Assembly: GCA_045568435.1 (NCBI GenBank)
Contig: JBJLBB010000001.1
Span: 492,413 to 556,412 of the forward strand
Length of the DNA stretch: 64,000 bases
Direction: 5' to 3'
DNA from: Candidatus Poseidoniaceae archaeon
GTDB lineage: Archaea; Thermoplasmatota; Poseidoniia; Poseidoniales; Poseidoniaceae
Shown: positions 42,638 through 52,474 of the stretch, in pieces
Numbering within the stretch: the stretch's first letter is position 1
Layout of the letters: every line of letters starts with the position of its first letter
The notes under the pieces: model-generated
Told to the model about the DNA's origin: nothing
Databases searched by the model: none
Seen by the model: the letters and a program-made list of their open reading frames with translations, nothing else
Translations under genes and position numbers: made by a program

Positions 42638-43484
42638 CTCGAAGATTCTTTACTTCGCGCCATGATGTTACTAATGCAGATAAAGTAAGCAACTCTCTAT
42701 GTGAGAGGTGATCTTCCAATGCATCTTCAGTTTCACCAGGGGAAGCAAGTTGAACAATTGCTAAAACCGCATTACCTTCTTCACTAGATAGCATACCTGA
42801 ATTGGTTGCCTTCTGCGTAAAACTGACTGCTGCCATTCCAGACATATTGTCTAGAAGTAATGCTGCAATTGTTGGTGCTCCAACCTGATTTGCCTGAGTC
42901 GTAGGTCCCGATGAAGGGGCGACTAGGAAAGGATTAGCTGCTAATGCCTGTGCTTCGTAAAGTTCGACCAATGGTGCTTCATCATCACCTTTGAGGCGTT
43001 CAACGCCCCCAGTAGTGATCACTTCTCCATCAGATGTGACTATACGGTCTCCGATATGTCCGTTCTCTCCTTCATCGTCTGAAATAATCTCTCCATCATC
43101 ACCAATTTTTGGTGCGTTTGGATTAATAGAGATTCCTTCTTCAATACGAACTTCGACCATTCTCAGTACATCCTCAACCATGTCGAGGCGACTGCTGATC
43201 AGTCTTTCAAGTCCTGAAGTATCAACTTGAGCATTGACAGTAGCAGGCTGTGCTGAAACAGGATTCATGCTAGAAGCAACTGTTGGAACACTACCAATAC
43301 TGTTCAATTTCGCTCTTGTCGGACCCGGGGAAATCGTCCATGCATCTTCTTCGCTTAGTTCACCCTCTTCTGGAAGAGGTACTTGTTCGATGGCCACGTT
43401 GGCCATTATTTTCAAGCGTTCTTCACTAAGTTCGGCGTCTGCATCTCTGATATTTCCCGAGTTATTTCCAAATGGCCAAGCCAT
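42627..43484 (-). CDS. FlaC/D/E-like archaellum accessory protein (putative).
   Basis: 285-aa acidic soluble protein immediately downstream of the archaellin genes, where euryarchaeal operons encode FlaC/D/E. No strong motif recognised. Confidence 0.4.
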   Translation of the reverse strand: MAWPFGNNSGNIRDADAELSEERLKIMANVAIEQVPLPEEGELSEEDAWTISPGPTRAKLNSIGSVPTVASSMNPVSAQPATVNAQVDTSGLERLISSRLDMVEDVLRMVEVRIEEGISINPNAPKIGDDGEIISDDEGENGHIGDRIVTSDGEVITTGGVERLKGDDEAPLVELYEAQALAANPFLVAPSSGPTTQANQVGAPTIAALLLDNMSGMAAVSFTQKATNSGMLSSEEGNAVLAIVQLASPGETEDALEDHLSHRELLTLSALVTSWREVKNLRGEE

Positions 43485-43495
43485 TGTAATACCTC

Positions 43496-43529
43496 CTTGC
43501 TGTCAAGAATATAATTCTTTAACAGCAAG
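43496..43529 (-). terminator. Stem-loop between flaB2 and downstream accessory genes; candidate attenuator/terminator giving high archaellin:accessory transcript ratios.
   Basis: On the coding strand: TGA-ttttt-CTTGCTGT-(18-nt loop)-ACAGCAAG-GAGGT-n6-ATG. A perfect 8-bp inverted repeat (plus-strand 43496-43503 and 43522-43529) preceded by a T-run and followed by a Shine-Dalgarno-like GGAGGT. Confidence 0.35.
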
Positions 43530-43534
43530 AAAAA

Positions 43535-44110
43535 TCAGATGACTGGGCTTCCAGTTTGGGCGTTGGCAGGTACAGACAATGTTTCGAAGGTGGTTCCACC
43601 GCTCTCAACGTGTATGTATAACTGAGCCTCTTGTCCTGCGATAAGGTTTGCATTGCAAACACCTTGTGCATCGATCAATATCTTGTATGAGTTAGAGACA
43701 AGCATTGGAGATACACCTGCACCGAAAGCAGAAACGGATTGACGTTGGACTTGAGCTGCCCCAAATCCTCCAGCACCCACACTGTCTTCATATCCAGCAC
43801 CATTTGCACAATACAATTGCCATGAAACAGTAGCTGCAGGAATTGAACTACTACCAGCAGCTAGTCTAACATATAGAACATAATCATTGTTACCATCAAC
43901 ATAACCTTGCATTACAGATAATTTACCAGACAATTCGTCCGAGGTTTGATCACCTGTATTTTGAGCATTTTGTTGGAGTTTTTCAGCGGTTTGGATAATT
44001 ACTGCAGAAGCAACTGCAGCAACCAATATTAGAGAGATAAATACAATCATAGCTCCAATACCAATAGCGCCCCATGTGTCTTCTTCTTGGGAAGTGTTTT
44101 CTGTTCTCAC
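43535..44110 (-). CDS. flaB: Archaellin (FlaB/ArlB) 2.
   Basis: N-terminus ...WGAIGIGAMIVFISLILVAAVASAVIIQTAEKLQQNAQN: class III (prepilin-like) signal peptide with the conserved archaellin hydrophobic N-domain. Confidence 0.9.
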   Translation of the reverse strand: MRTENTSQEEDTWGAIGIGAMIVFISLILVAAVASAVIIQTAEKLQQNAQNTGDQTSDELSGKLSVMQGYVDGNNDYVLYVRLAAGSSSIPAATVSWQLYCANGAGYEDSVGAGGFGAAQVQRQSVSAFGAGVSPMLVSNSYKILIDAQGVCNANLIAGQEAQLYIHVESGGTTFETLSVPANAQTGSPVI

Positions 44111-44673
44111 ACTACCACCGTCCCTTGAGCTGTGGATGAACCATAGGTAAGTACCTCGTAAGTGAATCCAGAGTTACCAGCTGCCAAAGTCAAGTAATGA
44201 TTTTGGTTTGTAGTTGGTGCACAATTTGCTGCTACAAGTGTGGTTTGATACACTTGTCCAGGAGTACCGGTTGTACCACCGTTAGCTGAAACTGCTGCAG
44301 TATTGGTACCAGCAGAAGCAAATGTTCCTGCATCGGCACCAACGCCACCAGCTTGACAGGTTATTGACCATTCAATATTTGCCCAAGGTATTGTTTCAGA
44401 CCCAGGAGCTAATTCCCATGTCATCTGCAGATTACCACCAGCATTGATTACAATATTCAATGGCATTACTTTGGATGCCATTTGGTCTTGTGTTTGTTCG
44501 CCTGCTGTCTGGGCGTTTTGTTGCAACTTCTCAGCGGTCTGAATAATGACCGCTGAGGCCACCGCTGCGACTAGGATTAGCGCAATGAATACAATCATCG
44601 CACCAATTCCCATAGCAGCGAGGGTCTCGCTATTTTGGTTTTCTATTTCATTTTTATTTTTCATATTTTTCAC
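44107..44673 (-). CDS. flaB: Archaellin (FlaB/ArlB) 1.
   Basis: N-terminus ...LAAMGIGAMIVFIALILVAAVASAVIIQTAEKLQQNAQT, near-identical to flaB2 over the N-domain. GGTGA Shine-Dalgarno 7 nt upstream of the ATG. Confidence 0.9.
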   Translation of the reverse strand: MKNMKNKNEIENQNSETLAAMGIGAMIVFIALILVAAVASAVIIQTAEKLQQNAQTAGEQTQDQMASKVMPLNIVINAGGNLQMTWELAPGSETIPWANIEWSITCQAGGVGADAGTFASAGTNTAAVSANGGTTGTPGQVYQTTLVAANCAPTTNQNHYLTLAAGNSGFTYEVLTYGSSTAQGTVVV

Positions 44674-44727
44674 CTTTTTTGTTTTTTACTCGTCCTCCCG
44701 CTCCTGCGGGTGGAATGTGATTGGGGC

Positions 44728-45927
44728 TTAGGAGTGACCTCCTCTGCCCATGTCGATGGTCAGTTGCATTCTAATTACTGCAACCTCATCGGGGGATAGA
44801 CGTTCCACAAAGGGAACTTTAGCTGTAGTATAACCCGGAGGTAACCACGGCGTGAGTACGACATCTACTAATGGCTCCATAGAACGATTTTGTGCCCGGA
44901 TTGTAACTATTATCTCTCCAGAGCGCATTTCATAACCAGTAGAAACGGCTAACTTACGAGACAATGGTATTTCATCAGCACCAAACCTTTCAGCAGACTT
45001 AATATCAAATCTTAGTGGAAGATTGCCACCTGGAGCAATTATTGGTAGGTCGACTGAATTCGGTTCAGAATACCATCCCTCTGGTACTGGAGGGGATAGG
45101 CGCATTGCAGGCATTGCAATAGGGCCGTCATTTATCAATCTGACAAGTAAAACTCCTGTGTCGCCTCCAGCAGGCCATCGTGTATCTACTCCAAGCCAGA
45201 AATGCCTGAAAAAGAATGGATTGAGAGTCGAAGTATTACCACCTATCAAATCATCAACAAGGTATTCAACTTCGTTTGCCGCTTGACTAACGTCTCCTAT
45301 TTCAGCAGCGGAAGTAGCGTTTCTTAACCTCAAAAGAATATTTTCAACTTCATCTTTCTCGACTTTCTTTTCCTTTAGCAGACGGTGCAACATAGCAATG
45401 CTGCGCCTTAGATAAAGGACATCTTCCTCGAGAGTAACAAGTGCCTGTTCGGCTTTGTGAACACTCTTCTTGGCGCGACTCAATTTGTGCATAGAGAGGA
45501 ATTTTTTGGCTTCCATTATATCTATCTCTGTTGCAGCGAGTGAGTTGGTATCATCTTGGATAACACTTTGAACTATATGTTCAAGATTATTGGAAGCATT
45601 ACGTATTCGTTCGTTGGAGTTCTCCGGGGCAGAGGCTGTTGGTCCGATTTCTTGGTGCAGATTTTCTTCTGTCACTGCATCCTCTTCGACAGTTTCTTCG
45701 ACGGCGGGTTCTTCTGCTTCAGGAGATTCGTATAACTGATTGAACTCGGTAGCATCTTCATCGATTTCATCCTCGGCAGAAGTACTCGGCAAAGAATTAG
45801 TGTCTATATCTGTAGATGCCGTGTCCCCTTCTTCAGCCACTTCTTCTACTATATTCTGCTCCTCCTCTTGACCAGGAATTATGATGTCGTCAATATCTAT
45901 CTCAACGATTTCGTCTTCAGGCATCAT
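44728..45927 (-). CDS. Hypothetical acidic protein with a central coiled coil, immediately upstream of the archaellin genes.
   Basis: 399 aa; N-terminal third highly acidic (EEEQNIVEEVAEEGD...); predicted coiled coil (KKSVHKAEQALVTLEEDVLYLRRSIAMLHRLLKEKKVEKDEV); start overlaps the end of the 1670-aa gene (45917..45927). Confidence 0.6.
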   Translation of the reverse strand: MMPEDEIVEIDIDDIIIPGQEEEQNIVEEVAEEGDTASTDIDTNSLPSTSAEDEIDEDATEFNQLYESPEAEEPAVEETVEEDAVTEENLHQEIGPTASAPENSNERIRNASNNLEHIVQSVIQDDTNSLAATEIDIMEAKKFLSMHKLSRAKKSVHKAEQALVTLEEDVLYLRRSIAMLHRLLKEKKVEKDEVENILLRLRNATSAAEIGDVSQAANEVEYLVDDLIGGNTSTLNPFFFRHFWLGVDTRWPAGGDTGVLLVRLINDGPIAMPAMRLSPPVPEGWYSEPNSVDLPIIAPGGNLPLRFDIKSAERFGADEIPLSRKLAVSTGYEMRSGEIIVTIRAQNRSMEPLVDVVLTPWLPPGYTTAKVPFVERLSPDEVAVIRMQLTIDMGRGGHS

Positions 45928-48900
45928 CTCTCACCTCCTCATCACCAAGTATTGCATCGATATGCAAGTTATCTAGCATATTAGAATCGGATGCTGTGAT
46001 AGTTTCATCGAATATTTCACTAAGGTCGATTCCTTCATTGGCCAAATCATTGAGTAATCGTGCAGGGTCACTGAGATCTCTTTCAATACGTGTTGCTTTG
46101 ACTTCAATATCGGTCAGCCTTCCATATAAGCCACCATAAAGGCTGTCTGCCCTCTTGACTAGAACCCAAACCCCAATAGTCACTATACCTACATAGCCAC
46201 CTAAAGAGATGAGGTTGGCCTTATTCATCTCGAGTTGAGGGGGAATTCCAAGGACGACTCCTAGCATTCCAAGGAGAGGTAGAGAGAGAATTATTCTTAG
46301 TTGTCTACGGCTATCAGCAAGGGCTTGGAAATGGTCTGCATAAAGGGTTGAAACACCCTTACGTGCTCTTTGATAATCTTCATGTATCAATCTAAATTCA
46401 TCAGTGCTACTCCAAGCCATCTTCCAAACCATCAAGGCAGCAACTAACAATATGAATGGTCCCCAGAATAGAATATTGATCAAGTGGAAGGCGAATCCTA
46501 ATCCTAAGATTCCGGAGTAAACTGCGAATAATCTAAACTTCTCATTCTGACCGGTTAGACGGCCAAGAATTAGAGATAGAAGTGTGAAAACGACAAATGC
46601 TACGAAACTTGAGGATTGGTCTGGAGACCAAGAGTATACTTCATCTTCATAAACTAATTTATCATTACCAGCTACATTCTTTGATAGGAATAGGGGGTCT
46701 ATCTGGACAATACAAGTCCCATCTATTGATTGTGCCCACCAATCTATCTTTTCAGTAGTCAAATTCCATTGAACTGTAGTTTCCTCATCTGGTCCTAGTT
46801 GAGTAATCGGCATAGGGACTGTATTGATAGTAGAACCAGAACAAGTTGCTTCTACTGCAAATATTAGTGCTTGAGAAGTCCCTTCATTTCTTATTGTAGC
46901 ACTTAATACTGAATCAGTACCTTCTTGTAATGTTCCTTCACTAATCCAAACTCGCTTGACTGCAGGGTCTGCATAAACGTCTAATTCAAATCTAAATGTT
47001 TCATTGAATGATTCGGTATATCCTGCATTCTCATCTGGATGGAATAATTTGAACTTTAAGTCCCAACCATCTTCTGTAATCAAGTTGGGCTTATCAGGCA
47101 TATCGACTGAAATTCTAATCAAATTAGGATTCCAAGCAGTGGAAACTGGGAGAGTGTATCTATTGCCACCAGTTGTTTCACCACAATCTACATTGATTAG
47201 CGGTAGTGAATAGGATGTGACTGAACCATTTACTTCATCTATCAATAGAGTAAATGTCCAAGGATAGTTGGCTTCATCTAAACCATTGGCATCAAAGTCA
47301 AACAGTCTTGTGGCAGAACATAATTCAAACTCATATGCCACTGAAGTCGAAGGACCCCTTGGTATGTGAGAGTAAAGCATGTTCACTTCGACTGGTCCGC
47401 CATCTTGTGGAGGTTGCAACACATAATCGCTTATCTTGAAGAATCTAGACATTACCAATGTAGTGTTTAGATATTCAACGCCCTCTACTGAAGTGTCTTG
47501 TGGAGTTAAAGTTACAACCAAGTTAGAGGTTAAATCAAGGTCTGGAGTTATGTCTGTAGCACGGATTAAAAATTCAAAACTAACATTCGAATTACGCGGT
47601 AGAGTAATTTGAGATGGACCTAGTGCTAAAATCCAATCATCGCTGTAAATATCTGAGCTTGGTTCATCATCAAGGTCGAAACCGGATTTGAATATTTTAT
47701 ACTCCACATCGACTGTAACATCTTTATTTCCAACATTGACTATTGTCGCTTCCCATGTCCTGTTACTTTCTCTACTGAATTCCATCTCATAGGGCCAATC
47801 TCTAACCTCGAGCATAAACATTGGAGAAATAACCAACTTCACATTGGCTATTCCGGCTGTTAAGTCAGTAGAAGGATATGCCAGTCTAATTGTTAGATTA
47901 TGAATAGAACCATCGTCAAGCCCTTCGACCTCTGATATTTCAGGGACCGTGACTGTGACGCTACCTTGAATCACTTGATCTTTGATTAAAGTCATCGATT
48001 GTGACTCAGGAACTACTTCCCAGCCACCCTCTACGCTTGCTATGACATCGAAGTTTTCTGCTAAATTTCCAAGATTTGTGACTGTGAAATTTACTACTTG
48101 CTCTTGACCTGGTAGTATCCCCATTTGTTGTGGTGCATCGATTAGAAGAGAACGTTGTTCACTAACATTTGCAACAATATCAGCAGATAAATTCACCCCA
48201 GTATCTGTTGAAACCCAAACTGTGGCCATGTAAAAGGAATCTGAATCGGCATCAGCTGCCGCACTCATACGAATCTTGATAGAATCTTGAGACCCAGGGG
48301 CAATTATAATTTGGTTAGGTGATTCAAGACTGAAATCTACTGCTCCTGATTGAGATTCATCTAACCATATCGAGTATGTTGTAGGAGCATTACCAGTATT
48401 TGTCACATAAACTCTGGTTAGTGGAGTTTCCATTTGTGAAGTATTAATTGGGACTGTTTGATTGGTGGGGGAGAGTGTTGCGTTAATGAAAGGACCGACC
48501 CTAATATCAACGGTTTCCACACCGATTAACATGCCCGTATCCTTATCTTCAATCTTGATGTTAATTGGCTGAATAGTATAGGCTTCAGCGAATGGGTCTG
48601 TTGTTACTGTAAGTCTAAAATTCGTAATGTGAGAATTACCCGATGATACACCATCTGCAACATCAGCAGGAAGGTTATCGATTGTGTTAGAAGTTGTAGT
48701 CGTAGTATTGAGTGAAGCGACCCAGCCATTTGGCAAGTCGTCTAGAATAGAAAGTTGATAAGATGTTAGGTCATTACCAGTATTTGCAAAAGCTAAATCA
48801 TGCCATTTCGGTTCGCCAAGTGGTACGTCGAATGGACCTATGTCGATTATCTCTGCATCTCGTATTGAAGGGATTATGATAGTCATATTTCTAGTCACAT

Positions 48901-50929
48901 CAGAAACTAAAACATTAGGAATTGTTGGACCATTAAGCGTTGGAGTAGCAGTCAAAGGTATGGTTAATGTACCTGCTAGAGGATAATCGTCGTAAGGACC
49001 TTGGATACCTAAAGAAGTAGTACTGCTATCTCCTAGTGACATCCCGGTAAACGACCAAGGGCTTAGGTTAGTAGACCACCTTTTAGCCTCTGAAAAGCCG
49101 CCACTATTCAAGGGCTCAAAGGAGAGATTACCTACAGTTAATACCGAATCCACAGTATTGGATAGAACGCCGTCAAGATTATGACGCACTTCCACTGAGA
49201 GAGGCAACAGGTAATCCCAGCCTAAACCATTCTTAGCATCAATAACTTCTTGTGCAGTTAATTCTAATTGTTCACCATTGAGACCAGGGTCTACGACGAT
49301 TACTGGCCTAACTTCAATTTGACTTGTCGATGTGGAAGGTAGCCCACCATTACTTGACATTGCTTGAACCCAGACATTTAACACATCTCCAGCACGATTG
49401 TATTCAGACAAGTCCAATGGCTTTTGAATTGGAGGCACTGTAATAGAAACTTCGAAGGTAATAACTTCTGAATCATTTACTAATCCAGTGAATGGAGTAG
49501 AAAGTTCAACAGACCAATTACTAGCATTTACTGAAAGTCCGGCAGATAGAGAAAAAGTACCCGGCACGTTACCTGTGTTAGTGAGTGTAGCAGTGAAATT
49601 GACTTCCTTTCCTGGTGTCACCGATGTTGTAGTGGCTGGCATTGTAATAGTTGCTTCAAATAATTCTCCTGCCATTACTCTGGCGGTAGAAGTAAGTGTG
49701 TAACTGCCGCCAACAGACACCAAATCTACAGTAATTGTATCTATTTGAGACCTTAGAGCGTTAGATGGGACGGTCACTGGTACCAAAATGGTTGCACTAG
49801 CACCTGGGGCAAATACATTGGTCGAAGGGCTTGGTGAATGAGGTTGGTTCCAACCTAGGACGCTAGAAACGGCAATAGAAAATGAATCGCTGTTTAGCCC
49901 TTTATTTGTTACAATGAAAGTTAGAGTAGTGGTCAATCCTGGCTCGGTAGTCCTGTCAGCAGGAGTGGATAAAACAGAGATATAATCGGAGAATTCGACA
50001 TCTCTTTGTTGCACTATATCGGAATCTGTCCAGCCTCCTGTTCCGTTGTAAATCACTTTGGCAGTAAGTGACCAAACACCAGCCATAGAACCACCATTGA
50101 AGGAAGTGGAAAGATTTTCACTAACCGCAGGAACGTAAAGAGAGCCCGGGCTTAGTATAATTTCACCAGACCAAAATGTCTTGACATTACTTGGGTCTGC
50201 AACGTTGATAAATTCCAGTTCGAATACTGCTGAAATATCCTTTATTCCATTATTGATGACAGTTGCATTGAAAACTTGGGCGCTGTTAGCAATTCTAGCA
50301 ATCGAAGACCCGCCAGTAGGCAAAGGCACAGAATCGCCAAGGGCGTCACCCTTCATGAAAGGAGGAGAAGAAACATTGAAGTCGAGGCGCTTCTCATCAT
50401 TAGCGGAATTTGGATCAGGGCTTTGCGGCACTACTCTCGCGAACAGTGTTTGTAAATCACCTGGAGAAGCAGTCCAAGCAATTAGCACTGGATTGGATGA
50501 CGACGTCATTGGAATATTACCTAAATTAACAGTCTTGACAATCGTTTCACCTGCCAGAGGGGTGCCTCTGTGTACTAGGGAAACCGATGTCGCCCCATCT
50601 ACTGAACCTGAATTAGAAACCACAATTCTTGCAACATGGGTCGCGTTTTCAACTTCCATACTTGTTCCGTAATCAACAGAACCTGCACCATCCAAAGTGA
50701 ATAGTGAAACGCTGAAGTCTGCAGTGGAGCGAGCCGATGTACCTTCCCCAGCGCTAACTATTGGAGACATAGCTGGGGCCAAGAATAACATTATCATGAT
50801 AATGCCAAGAGACATTTGTGAAAGTTTTTCACGCAGATGCGCCACCTCCTGGTGCTTCGAAATTATCGATTCTAACCTTCTTTCCTTGTCGCTTCCATTG
50901 AGCCAATAACTGGTCAAGTAGCCTTCCAT
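45917..50929 (-). CDS. Giant (about 1630-1670 aa) surface protein: signal peptide, long beta-rich ectodomain (Ig/CARDB-like repeats), C-terminal polytopic (about 6 TM) membrane anchor, cytoplasmic acidic tail. Probable true start is the ATG at 50815 (MSLGIIMIMLFLAPAMSPIVSAGEG).
   Basis: Signal peptide after an internal ATG (verified at 50813-50815). Extended T/S/N/V-rich ectodomain. C-terminal hydrophobic segments SSFVAFVVFTLLSLILGRL, LFAVYSGILGLGFAFHLINILFWGPFILLVAALMVW, IILSLPLLGMLGVVLGI, LISLGGYVGIVTIGVWVLV. Confidence 0.8.
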   Translation of the reverse strand: MEGYLTSYWLNGSDKERRLESIISKHQEVAHLREKLSQMSLGIIMIMLFLAPAMSPIVSAGEGTSARSTADFSVSLFTLDGAGSVDYGTSMEVENATHVARIVVSNSGSVDGATSVSLVHRGTPLAGETIVKTVNLGNIPMTSSSNPVLIAWTASPGDLQTLFARVVPQSPDPNSANDEKRLDFNVSSPPFMKGDALGDSVPLPTGGSSIARIANSAQVFNATVINNGIKDISAVFELEFINVADPSNVKTFWSGEIILSPGSLYVPAVSENLSTSFNGGSMAGVWSLTAKVIYNGTGGWTDSDIVQQRDVEFSDYISVLSTPADRTTEPGLTTTLTFIVTNKGLNSDSFSIAVSSVLGWNQPHSPSPSTNVFAPGASATILVPVTVPSNALRSQIDTITVDLVSVGGSYTLTSTARVMAGELFEATITMPATTTSVTPGKEVNFTATLTNTGNVPGTFSLSAGLSVNASNWSVELSTPFTGLVNDSEVITFEVSITVPPIQKPLDLSEYNRAGDVLNVWVQAMSSNGGLPSTSTSQIEVRPVIVVDPGLNGEQLELTAQEVIDAKNGLGWDYLLPLSVEVRHNLDGVLSNTVDSVLTVGNLSFEPLNSGGFSEAKRWSTNLSPWSFTGMSLGDSSTTSLGIQGPYDDYPLAGTLTIPLTATPTLNGPTIPNVLVSDVTRNMTIIIPSIRDAEIIDIGPFDVPLGEPKWHDLAFANTGNDLTSYQLSILDDLPNGWVASLNTTTTTSNTIDNLPADVADGVSSGNSHITNFRLTVTTDPFAEAYTIQPINIKIEDKDTGMLIGVETVDIRVGPFINATLSPTNQTVPINTSQMETPLTRVYVTNTGNAPTTYSIWLDESQSGAVDFSLESPNQIIIAPGSQDSIKIRMSAAADADSDSFYMATVWVSTDTGVNLSADIVANVSEQRSLLIDAPQQMGILPGQEQVVNFTVTNLGNLAENFDVIASVEGGWEVVPESQSMTLIKDQVIQGSVTVTVPEISEVEGLDDGSIHNLTIRLAYPSTDLTAGIANVKLVISPMFMLEVRDWPYEMEFSRESNRTWEATIVNVGNKDVTVDVEYKIFKSGFDLDDEPSSDIYSDDWILALGPSQITLPRNSNVSFEFLIRATDITPDLDLTSNLVVTLTPQDTSVEGVEYLNTTLVMSRFFKISDYVLQPPQDGGPVEVNMLYSHIPRGPSTSVAYEFELCSATRLFDFDANGLDEANYPWTFTLLIDEVNGSVTSYSLPLINVDCGETTGGNRYTLPVSTAWNPNLIRISVDMPDKPNLITEDGWDLKFKLFHPDENAGYTESFNETFRFELDVYADPAVKRVWISEGTLQEGTDSVLSATIRNEGTSQALIFAVEATCSGSTINTVPMPITQLGPDEETTVQWNLTTEKIDWWAQSIDGTCIVQIDPLFLSKNVAGNDKLVYEDEVYSWSPDQSSSFVAFVVFTLLSLILGRLTGQNEKFRLFAVYSGILGLGFAFHLINILFWGPFILLVAALMVWKMAWSSTDEFRLIHEDYQRARKGVSTLYADHFQALADSRRQLRIILSLPLLGMLGVVLGIPPQLEMNKANLISLGGYVGIVTIGVWVLVKRADSLYGGLYGRLTDIEVKATRIERDLSDPARLLNDLANEGIDLSEIFDETITASDSNMLDNLHIDAILGDEEVRDDA

Positions 50930-51308
50930 GTTCGATGTCGGTAATTCCTAGCCTTCGGCGCTCTTCCCAAAGCAGTAGTTGCTCTGTTTTGGTCAATAGT
51001 GCATCTCTAAGATATAGTTCGAGAGTTCTGCGATAGGCGTCTCTATCTGAAATTGCATAAACAATTACATCGCCAGGAAGTTGGTCGGCACGGTTTTGAA
51101 TGATATTGCCAAGGGTTAGAGCCTCGTCATATGAGAGGTTGCGCTTATCCAAGTCTGCTTGGATTGAACTGGCTATTTGCTGGAGTTCATACTTGCCTGG
51201 AGCACGCTGAACTTGCTTCAACAAGCGGCGGGCCTTTCGAGACATACGTAGACCTACCATGGCAAGTCCTTGAACAAGGCAGTTATTCAAAGAATCGGTT
51301 GCTACCAC
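50829..51308 (-). CDS. Hypothetical protein, first gene of the minus-strand run leading into the archaellum operon.
   Basis: 159-aa basic/helical ORF; stop 14 nt before the probable start of the 1670-aa gene; no motif recognised. Confidence 0.45.
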   Translation of the reverse strand: MVATDSLNNCLVQGLAMVGLRMSRKARRLLKQVQRAPGKYELQQIASSIQADLDKRNLSYDEALTLGNIIQNRADQLPGDVIVYAISDRDAYRRTLELYLRDALLTKTEQLLLWEERRRLGITDIEHGRLLDQLLAQWKRQGKKVRIDNFEAPGGGASA

Positions 51309-51463
51309 ATCGGCTACCCAATATGCGCTTGTTTTTATTCAAATTGCATATTCGATTTACTAAGAGCCTAAATAACGATTGAATTTTACAAAAACTATGA
51401 AAATAACGAATCAAACTGAAAAAACTTGTATCTCGAAATAATGCAACCTTTGATGAGTGATAA
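51309..51463. promoter_or_regulatory. AT-rich divergent promoter region between the 159-aa gene (minus) and bcp (plus).
   Basis: 155-bp non-coding AT-rich sequence (...ttttattcaaattgcatattcgatttactaagagcctaaataacgattgaattttacaaaaactatgaaaataacg...). Confidence 0.3.
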
Positions 51464-51961
51464 ATGCCACGAATATCTATGTCCGAAGTAACAACCTTGC
51501 AAGTTGACCAGCCTGCACCTCGATTTTCATGCCTTGATTCCGCTGGAGAAAACCATGACTTAGAGGCGTATATGTCTGAAGGAAAAACCGTTATTTTGTA
51601 TTTCTACCCTCGTGACTCAACTCCTGGATGTACAGTACAAGCATGTGACTTTAGAGATTCTATGGCTAGGCTGAATAAAGGAGACTATGTGGTTCTTGGA
51701 GTTTCCAAAGATTCTGCTAAATCTCATGATAAATTTATTTCCAAGAAAGAATTGAATTTCCCACTTCTCATGGATGAAGATGGCGCACTACACGAGGCTT
51801 ACGGAACTTGGAGATTAAAGAAAAATTACGGTAGAGAGTATATGGGATGCGCCCGTTCTACCTTTGTGATAAACTCTGAAGGAAATATCTCATGGGTTAG
51901 ATACAACGTGAAAGCCAAGGGTCACGTAGATATGTTGATGCGAGAACTTAGTGTTGAGTGA
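51464..51961 (+). CDS. bcp: Peroxiredoxin, Bcp-type thiol peroxidase.
   Basis: FYPRDSTPGCTVQACDFRD: peroxidatic Cys in the T/SxxC motif plus a resolving Cys 5 residues later, typical of Bcp/PrxQ. Confidence 0.85.
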   Translation: MPRISMSEVTTLQVDQPAPRFSCLDSAGENHDLEAYMSEGKTVILYFYPRDSTPGCTVQACDFRDSMARLNKGDYVVLGVSKDSAKSHDKFISKKELNFPLLMDEDGALHEAYGTWRLKKNYGREYMGCARSTFVINSEGNISWVRYNVKAKGHVDMLMRELSVE

Positions 51962-52454
51962 GAGTGAAAATATGGGTGAAGATAACCCAGTTCCTAAAAA
52001 TAGGATACCATTAGCAAACAATAGCGTTGCTTGGTCACCTTGCATGATTGGAGAAAATCTAACTCATGGTCATGATTGTTCAATTGGAGCTATGGCGCAT
52101 ATCGGGAGAAATGTCACTATGGGAGATAAATGTCGTATCCAAGGTGGAGCATACATTGCCGATGATTGCTCATTAGGAAACTCTGTATTCATTGGTCCAA
52201 ATGCAACACTCCTCAATGACAAATACCCTCCATCGGGTGATTCGAAATATTGGTCGCCTGTCAAGATAGAAGACAATGCAGTCATTGGAGGAGGGGCGAC
52301 TGTGATTGCTGGATGTATAGTTGGCATTGATGCTGTTCTTGGCGCAGGCTCCGTCCTTACCAGAGATGTTCCAGCAGGTGAAGTTTGGGCTGGAAATCCT
52401 GCTAAATTCATGATGAGTCGGAAACAATATGATTCAAAAAGAGGAAACTCATAA
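51951..52454 (+). CDS. Hexapeptide-repeat (left-handed beta-helix) acyl/acetyltransferase.
   Basis: Tandem [LIV]-G-x-x-x-x hexapeptides (IGRNVTMGDKCRIQGGAYIADDCSLGNSVFIGPNATLL...IGGGATVIAGCIVGIDAVLGAGSVL...VWAGNPAK). Confidence 0.75.
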   Translation: MLSESENMGEDNPVPKNRIPLANNSVAWSPCMIGENLTHGHDCSIGAMAHIGRNVTMGDKCRIQGGAYIADDCSLGNSVFIGPNATLLNDKYPPSGDSKYWSPVKIEDNAVIGGGATVIAGCIVGIDAVLGAGSVLTRDVPAGEVWAGNPAKFMMSRKQYDSKRGNS

Positions 52455-52474
52455 CTAGATTAAAAGGTGATTAA

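Noticed and set aside
52070-52427. Minus-strand ORFs 52070..52411 and 52173..52427 inside the acetyltransferase gene.
   Set aside because: The plus-strand frame has the unmistakable hexapeptide-repeat signature. The minus-strand ORFs are shadows.
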